DNA of 64,000 nucleotides. It comes from an uncultured delta proteobacterium (GTDB lineage Bacteria > Desulfobacterota > Binatia > UBA9968). A program made the translations under genes and the position numbers. The notes below the pieces were generated by a model that made no database searches, had not been told where the DNA came from, and was given only the letters and a program-made list of their open reading frames with translations. The stretch spans positions 96,001-160,000 of the forward strand of contig CAVTUQ010000014.1 of the NCBI GenBank assembly GCA_963737905.1. The letters run 5' to 3'. Of this stretch, positions 57,867-64,000 are shown piece by piece (the stretch's first letter is position 1; the number at the start of each line of letters is the position of its first letter).

Positions 57867-58172
57867 AGCAACACCTCGCAGGCTCCAGTTCCCAGGTGAG
57901 CAATGGCAATGCCAGGGTGCAAGGTATCGTTTTTCTTGAGAAAAGGAAGGGAACTTGAGAAGATTTTGGACAAAAATGTGAACTAATGGACAGAAAGGGC
58001 CAGAATTCTCGCCGCCTTTCTGTTGAGATTCAACTTTATCCGATGTTCCACCTTGATCATTCCTCGTTTTGGTCCTTAGCTATAACTATAGTCAAAGGCG
58101 GGAGTAACGAAGTCATGGACTTCGGAGGCATTGTAGCTCAAGGCCTCCACGAATTAACGCTTGAATAAGGAC

Positions 58173-58859
58173 TTATCCGGGTGGCTCTATATTTTTCTTT
58201 TGCTCCAACCATTTCTCCAGATAGCGCCCTGCCACATCGCGTCCCCCCAAACCAAAAGCCAAGGCAAGCGCGAGACAAACCGCGCCGAAGACCAAGATGA
58301 ATGCCCAGATCACAATCTCCGAGGCGATATCCAGAATCTCAAAGATACCCGCCACGACAAAAATAACTGTCCCCAGGTAGGCCACCCGGCCGATCGAAGC
58401 CGCTTGCTCTAGTCCTGCGTTAGCACAAGAAGTTCGAACGACCGTGTCAAGAAAATTCGCGAAATACAGCCCGAGAATCAGCACTACGAGGGCGGCGACG
58501 ATCTTCGGAATATATAGATAGATCGTGTGTAGGGTATCGGTGGCCCCGCTAAGGTTAAGGGTTTCCAAAGTGGTTACGATGGCGATCAAAAAAAGAAACC
58601 AAAAGACCAGCAGCCCGACGATGTCGGAGGCCGTTTGTTTGATTCCGCCCCGTTCAAGCGCGTGCTTGATACCCGCACGATCGGCAAGTGTATCGAACTG
58701 GCATACCCTGAGGACGCGCACAACGATTCTTTTGATGATGTTGCAGAAGGCCCAGCCCACTACGATGAGAGCCACAGAAAACAAAAGGTTCGGCAAAAAC
58801 ACGGCTATCTTGGTGACAAAGGCATCCCAAAAGCCGGTCACGGTAACCACGGGATTCAT
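58173..58859 (-). CDS. CmpX/MscS-type TM-helix repeat membrane protein
   Basis: FLPNLL, YIPKIVAA, LALALAFGLGGRD; AGGAGG RBS. Confidence 0.85.
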   Translation of the reverse strand: MNPVVTVTGFWDAFVTKIAVFLPNLLFSVALIVVGWAFCNIIKRIVVRVLRVCQFDTLADRAGIKHALERGGIKQTASDIVGLLVFWFLFLIAIVTTLETLNLSGATDTLHTIYLYIPKIVAALVVLILGLYFANFLDTVVRTSCANAGLEQAASIGRVAYLGTVIFVVAGIFEILDIASEIVIWAFILVFGAVCLALALAFGLGGRDVAGRYLEKWLEQKKNIEPPG

Positions 58860-59049
58860 AGTTTCCTCCTTGGCAGCGGGCTCGCTGATTGAAATTACTA
58901 AATAGGGGTCTCGCGCAAAAATTGTCAACCCTTACGCAATACAAGGCAGCCGCCGCCGTGACCGGCACTTGAATCCGAGACGAGCGACAACTATATTCGG
59001 TCAACTCCTTTTCCGTCAGTTCGATATTTGCACTCTTAGGAAATTCACG

Positions 59050-59767
59050 TTGCACCTTACCGTTCGCCAACTCGCGAAAGCCTATGGACTACTGTGGGCG
59101 CTTAGGGATGTCAGTTTTGACTTGCCGGCCGGAGAAATCGTAGCTTTGCTAGGGCCTAACGGGGCGGGCAAGACCTCGCTGCTGAAGCTTCTCGCCGGGC
59201 TGATTTCTCCGACCACGGGCGAGATCGTTCTCGACGGCTCGAACTTTAGCCGCACGGCCACCGTTCAACGGTCAGCTATAGGATTCTTGGCTCCCGGCGA
59301 GCATCTTTATGAAAACTTGACGGTGCGTGAAAATCTCGTTTTCTTCACTTCCCTTTACAAAAAGACCCAAGCGATCGCTCATATCGATTTCACTCTGGAG
59401 GAGGTCGGCCTGAAGCACCGTTCCGAAGAATACGTCGCCGCACTTTCCAGTGGGATGAAATGCCGTCTTTCTATCGCTAAATGGAAACTCCTTCGAGCCC
59501 GGACTGTTGCTGCTCGATGAGCCCTACGGCGTCTTGGACGGTAGCGGCATCGATCTGTTGGAGAGCTTCTTGAGAGCGCAGCGTCATAAAGGAAGTGTCA
59601 CTATTATCGCCTCGCATCATGTGGCCCGGGTGCTGAACCTATGTACGCGCGCAGTGATCCTTCACCAAGGAAGATTAACCTTTAACGAGGCCCGCCAGCA
59701 GCCCTGGGATAGCTTTGCGCATGCCTTTGGAGAATTCCTGCCCCACGGGGAGTCATGGACTTCCTAA
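59050..59767 (+). CDS. ccmA: Heme exporter ATP-binding protein; 1-nt frameshift near 59493
   Basis: GPNGAGKT Walker A, LSSGM signature, LLLDEPY in the next frame; first gene of the ccm operon. Confidence 0.88.
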
Positions 59768-60432
59768 GCCAAATTTTCCTGCTGCTCAAAAAGGATCTCC
59801 TTTTGGAGATGCGCCGGCGGGAAAGTCTCTTGACTATGTTTTTTTTCGGCACGCTGCTGCTATTCGTTTTTCATTTTTCTTTCGATCTCGTGCCCGAACG
59901 GGTGGCGGAGATGGCGCCGGCTCTGCTCTGGCTGGCGTTTCTCTTCACCGGCACATTGGGACTCGGGCAACTTTTCGAGGGCGAGCGTGACAACCATTGC
60001 CTCGAGGCCCTGTTGCTTTCGCCCATGGATCGCGGCGCACTTTTTCTCGCCAAAACGGGCTTCAATTTTATCCTGATGGTCCTCGTGGAAATCGTCGTCA
60101 TTCCTCTGTTCTGGATTCTCTTCAACCTTCGATCCTGGGATGTTATTCCTTTGCTGTTTCTCGTCACTTTGCTAGGAACCGTCGGTTTCTGCGTCTTAGG
60201 CACCCTGTTATCGGCGGTCACTCTAAAGTCGAGAGCCCGGGAGCTTTTGCTGCCCTTGGTGTTGTTCCCGCTTATGATCCCCGTGATCTTGGGGACGATT
60301 CGCTGCATGGAGGCCGTCCTTCGCGCCGGCGAACTTGGCGATGCGTTACCCTGGTTGCGTCTTTTAGTGGGATTTGATGTGATATTTCTGACAGCGGGAG
60401 TCTTGATTTTTGATTGGGTTATCGAAGTCTAA
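59755..60432 (+). CDS. ccmB: Heme exporter permease
   Basis: KDLLLE.R, LLWLAFLF, RELLLPLVLFPLMIPVI. Confidence 0.93.
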   Translation: MDFLSQIFLLLKKDLLLEMRRRESLLTMFFFGTLLLFVFHFSFDLVPERVAEMAPALLWLAFLFTGTLGLGQLFEGERDNHCLEALLLSPMDRGALFLAKTGFNFILMVLVEIVVIPLFWILFNLRSWDVIPLLFLVTLLGTVGFCVLGTLLSAVTLKSRARELLLPLVLFPLMIPVILGTIRCMEAVLRAGELGDALPWLRLLVGFDVIFLTAGVLIFDWVIEV

Positions 60433-60434
60433 CT

Positions 60435-61139
60435 ATGGCTGAAATCTCGAACACCGCGCGCAACAGCAAAGGTTATCTCGGTGCGTTGGCTTTGATCAGT
60501 GTTCTATTCGGGCTCTACTGGGGGCTATTTCGGGCGCCGCCCGACGCCTACCAGGGCGAAGTGCAGCGCATCATGTATCTCCATATCCCAAGCATTCTGA
60601 CAGCCTATCTGTCCTTCTTCCTGGTTTTCATCGGAAGTTGCCTCTATTTATGGAAAAGAGAAAAAAGGGATGATATTTTGGCTTATTCCGCCGCGGAGAT
60701 CGGCGTTTTGTTCACTTTACTGACGATCATCGAGGGTTCGATTTGGGGTAAACCCACCTGGGGGGTTTGGTGGACATGGGATGCACGATTGACCCTGACG
60801 GCGATCTTGCTTTTGATTTTTGCCGGATATCTTATGTTGCGATCACTCACCGAAGATGAAAATCGCGCGGCCTCCGCTGCCGCCGTGTTGGGGATTATCG
60901 GTTTCCTCGACATTCCCTTGATCCACATGTCCGTCTACTGGTGGCGCACCTTGCATCAGCCACCGTCCATCCTGCGCCCGGACAAGGCCCCGTGGGATAA
61001 CGTTCATCCAGCGATGCTGACCGCCCTTGCGATCAACTTCGTCGGCTTTATGCTCCTGTACTTTTACTTGCTCTCTCAGCGTTTCCGGCTTGGAGAAACA
61101 AGGGAAAAAATCAAGGCGCGCTTGCTCAGGGACAACTGA
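60435..61139 (+). CDS. ccmC: Heme exporter / cytochrome c biogenesis protein
   Basis: RIMYLHIP, WGKPTWGVWWTWDARLT (WWD), SVYWWRTLHQ. Confidence 0.95.
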   Translation: MAEISNTARNSKGYLGALALISVLFGLYWGLFRAPPDAYQGEVQRIMYLHIPSILTAYLSFFLVFIGSCLYLWKREKRDDILAYSAAEIGVLFTLLTIIEGSIWGKPTWGVWWTWDARLTLTAILLLIFAGYLMLRSLTEDENRAASAAAVLGIIGFLDIPLIHMSVYWWRTLHQPPSILRPDKAPWDNVHPAMLTALAINFVGFMLLYFYLLSQRFRLGETREKIKARLLRDN

Positions 61140-61294
61140 TGGGCGCGTGGGGATTTGTCTTTTTAGCTTATGGGATTGTTTGGGGTGCGATCTTGATTTA
61201 CTGGCTTGCGCTCAAGCGCCGGCTTCGCCGCGCGGAGACGGAACTGGCGCAATTGGGGAACCCTCAGGAGTCACAAAAAAATGCGCAAACGTAG
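61139..61294 (+). CDS. ccmD: Heme exporter protein D (missed by the ORF track)
   Basis: MGAWGFVFLAYGIVWGAILIYWLALKRRLRRAE..., overlapping ccmC stop and ccmE start. Confidence 0.85.
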   Translation: MGAWGFVFLAYGIVWGAILIYWLALKRRLRRAETELAQLGNPQESQKNAQT

Positions 61295-61727
61295 GCGTTT
61301 CATCATTGGCGGTTTGATCATTCTCGCCGCTCTCGCCTACATCATATATGGCGGCATGCAGCAGGCTATCGTCTATTTCGTTACGCCGTCGGAATTGAAG
61401 GCCAAGGAGAGCGCTTCCAACGACAAGTTTTTGCGCATGGGCGGGATGGTGGTCGCGGGATCGCTGCAAAAAGACGTCAAGAATCTCACCTATCGTTTTG
61501 ACTTGACCGACGGCAGCACATCTTTCCCGGTTTTCTTCCGTGGCGTACCCCCGGACCTCTTCACCGAAGGAAAAGGCGCAGTGGTGGAGGGTCGCATCGG
61601 TGCCGATGGCGTCTTTCAGGCTACCACCATTATGGCCAAGCATGCCGAAGAATACAGTCCCCACATCGAGGGTAAGGACGGCTATCCGAAAAGCTTTGTC
61701 CCTGGAAAAGAGTCGACCCCGCAGTGA
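61281..61727 (+). CDS. ccmE: Heme chaperone
   Basis: YFVTPSE, RMGGMV..GS, PDLFTEGKGAVVEG, AKHAEEY (HxxxY). Confidence 0.95.
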   Translation: MRKRRRFIIGGLIILAALAYIIYGGMQQAIVYFVTPSELKAKESASNDKFLRMGGMVVAGSLQKDVKNLTYRFDLTDGSTSFPVFFRGVPPDLFTEGKGAVVEGRIGADGVFQATTIMAKHAEEYSPHIEGKDGYPKSFVPGKESTPQ

Positions 61728-63685
61728 CCGCTACTCTCGGCCATACTTCCATCCTCCTGGCCTTGCTGTTCGCGGTCTGGGGAATTGTCAGCCCGATTCT
61801 CGGCGCTCGGGGCGATCACCGGCGCTACGCGGTCTCCACTCGCCTCGCCATTCTGGCGCAATTCGTCTTGGTTACGTTGGCAGCGGCCTCCTTGATCTAC
61901 GCCCTCGTCACGACGGACTTCTCGATCCGCTATGTGGCGTTCAACACGACGCGGGCAACTCCGGTTTACTATCGTGTCACTGGTTTGTGGGGCGCCCTCG
62001 AAGGTTCGCTGCTGCTTTGGGAGTGGATTCTCATTATCTTCTCCGGCCTAGTGGCCTGGATCTACCGTGACCGTCAACCTGAAACGATGCCATGGGTGCT
62101 GATGATCTTTTCCATCGTCTCCGCCTTCTTTCTTGTCGTCGTCGCCTTCGTTTCCAATCCTTTCGAAACTATCTCGCCGGTGCCGCTGGACGGCCGCGGT
62201 CTCAATCCGTTGCTTGAAGACGCCAATATGATGACCCACCCGCCGCTTCTCTACACCGGTTTCGTCGGGCTCACGGTACCCTATGCCTTCGCCATGGCGG
62301 CATTGATTCGTGGCAAACTCGATGAGGCCTGGATCGTTGCCACCCGGCGCTGGACCATCACGGCTTGGTTCTTCCTGACGGCCGGTAATCTCGTGGGGGC
62401 TTGGTGGTCCTATCATGTCCTCGGCTGGGGCGGCTATTGGGCGTGGGATCCGGTGGAGAATGCCGCCTTCATGCCCTGGCTGCCGGCCACTGCTTTTCTC
62501 CATTCGGTACAGGTTCAAGAGCGCCGGCGGATGCTTAAAGTTTGGAACCTCTCGTTAATTATCATCGCCTTCGCCTTGACGATCTTCGGAACTTTTCTAA
62601 CGCGATCGGGAATCCTGTCTTCGATTCATGCTTTTTCCTCCGGACCTGTCGGGGGTGTTTTTCTCGGATTTCTTTCTTTTGTGTTGCTCGCATCCTTTGG
62701 CCTCTTGGCCTTTCGGGCCGACCTCCTTAGAGGACAGCCGGAAGTCGATTCCATGGTCAGCCGGGAGTCGGCCTTTCTTTTGAACAACATCGTTCTGGTA
62801 TCGGCCCTCTTTACCATCTTTCTCGGGACAATTTTTCCCTTGCTCTCGGAGGCGATCGCCGGCACGCAGGTCAGCGTCGGCGCGCCCTACTTTAACTCGG
62901 TCATTGTGCCATTGTTTCTTTTGCTGGTTTTTCTCATGGGCGTGGGGCCGATGATCGCCTGGCGCAAGGCCTCCTGGGACAACCTCAAACGGAACTTTCT
63001 CTGGCCGGCTTCGGGTGCACTCCTTTTAGGGGTCGCATTGTTTTTCTGGAGGGTCCGAGACTTCTTACCGCTGCTGGGGTTCACTTTGCTGGCTTTCGTG
63101 GCTCTTACAATCTTTTATGATACCGCACTGGCTTTGCGTGCGCGCCGCCGCATCGCCGGCGAAGGTATGATTGCCGGGTTGGTAACGCTGGCGAGACGCA
63201 ACCAACGCCGTTACGGAGGTCTGGTCATCCATCTCGGCGTCGTATTGGTTGTCCTGGGTATTGCCGGCTCCATGACTTACAGTGTCGAACGCGAGGCCAC
63301 GATGAACCTCAAAGAGAACTTGAATATAGGTCACTATGTTATTAAATTTGAAGGTCTCAAAGGTTCACAGCAACCGACGCACTTTCGCGTCGAGGGCTTG
63401 TTCCGGGTGTTCCATCAAGGCGAGGAATGGGGCGTCCTATCGCCGGCCTTGAAGTTTTTTCCATCGCAGCAAGCGCCGGTTGGACGCGCCGTGCACCGAA
63501 GCACGATTAGCGACGACCTCTATCTGATCCTGTCAGGCTTCAGCGAGTTGGACAAAAACCAAGCCACATTGAAAGTATTGGTTCGTCCTCTGGTTATGTG
63601 GATCTGGATCGGCGGATTTGTCATCGCCCTGGGAACCCTGCTTGCAATCCTGCCGCTGGGAAGAACTTCGCCGGAGGAAGCTTAA
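61724..63685 (+). CDS. ccmF: Cytochrome c heme lyase
   Basis: GRGLNPLL, HPPLLY.G, LGWGGYWAWDPVENA, TRSGILSSIHAF. Confidence 0.96.
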   Translation: MTATLGHTSILLALLFAVWGIVSPILGARGDHRRYAVSTRLAILAQFVLVTLAAASLIYALVTTDFSIRYVAFNTTRATPVYYRVTGLWGALEGSLLLWEWILIIFSGLVAWIYRDRQPETMPWVLMIFSIVSAFFLVVVAFVSNPFETISPVPLDGRGLNPLLEDANMMTHPPLLYTGFVGLTVPYAFAMAALIRGKLDEAWIVATRRWTITAWFFLTAGNLVGAWWSYHVLGWGGYWAWDPVENAAFMPWLPATAFLHSVQVQERRRMLKVWNLSLIIIAFALTIFGTFLTRSGILSSIHAFSSGPVGGVFLGFLSFVLLASFGLLAFRADLLRGQPEVDSMVSRESAFLLNNIVLVSALFTIFLGTIFPLLSEAIAGTQVSVGAPYFNSVIVPLFLLLVFLMGVGPMIAWRKASWDNLKRNFLWPASGALLLGVALFFWRVRDFLPLLGFTLLAFVALTIFYDTALALRARRRIAGEGMIAGLVTLARRNQRRYGGLVIHLGVVLVVLGIAGSMTYSVEREATMNLKENLNIGHYVIKFEGLKGSQQPTHFRVEGLFRVFHQGEEWGVLSPALKFFPSQQAPVGRAVHRSTISDDLYLILSGFSELDKNQATLKVLVRPLVMWIWIGGFVIALGTLLAILPLGRTSPEEA

Positions 63686-63686
63686 A

Positions 63687-64000
63687 ATGCCGTGGCGGCG
63701 GCTCGCTATTACGGTCTTGATTATCTCGCCGGTTCTCTGGCTGCTTGCTTTCGGTTTTACGCGCGACGCCCGTTACATCACCTCGCCTTTGGTGGCCAAA
63801 GAGGCCTCGCCGTTTGCTGTGACCCTTTTCGATGGCCGCAAAATCAGCCTCAGCGAGCTGCGCGGCAAAGCGATCTTTCTAAATTTCTGGGCCTCCTGGT
63901 GCACCCCTTGCCGAGAAGAGGCAAAGGACCTCGAAGCTGCCTGGCAGCGCATCAAAGACAAGAATATGGTTTTTCTCGGCATTGCGCTTCAAGACACGGA
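63687..64000 (+). CDS. ccmG: Thiol-disulfide oxidoreductase CcmG/TlpA-like; runs off the window end
   Basis: TM anchor, LRGKAIFLNFWASWCTPCREE. Confidence 0.85.
   Translation, partial: MPWRRLAITVLIISPVLWLLAFGFTRDARYITSPLVAKEASPFAVTLFDGRKISLSELRGKAIFLNFWASWCTPCREEAKDLEAAWQRIKDKNMVFLGIALQDT

Overview
Bacterial chromosomal window; gene content (NMT1-type binding proteins, many orphan receiver domains, sigma54 promoters, ccm operon style) suggests Ca. Binatia or a related Deltaproteobacteria-like lineage (inference). Core genes sit at both ends: mdh-icd at 1-1.8 kb and ccmABCDEFG at 59-64 kb. Between them is a ~56 kb mosaic accessory region with four parts. (1) A secreted-hydrolase set: four tannase/feruloyl-esterase genes, two of them near-identical and one strikingly MHETase-like, plus two alpha/beta hydrolases. 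They share Asp/Arg/His-rich tails or loops, four of the six share a 43-nt LysR-type promoter, and a damaged lysR lies nearby. (2) Many fragments of Y1 (IS200/RAYT-like) HUH transposases that keep only their 3' ends and finish at a ..GACCCC motif; the same motif borders several cargo genes. (3) Conflict/defence genes: TIR-TIR, DUF3800-like, Abi-alpha-like, pentapeptide plus TIR/NDT-like. (4) A ~3100-aa RHS protein with a ~950-aa Gly-rich passenger inserted inside a YD repeat, an ADP-ribosyl-cyclase-like toxin tip and a putative immunity gene. Sequence quality is imperfect: there are single-base frameshifts even in icd and ccmA, and a T424 run replaces the middle of lysR, so most pseudogene calls may be long-read errors. 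All family assignments come from motif recognition by eye; no searches were run.
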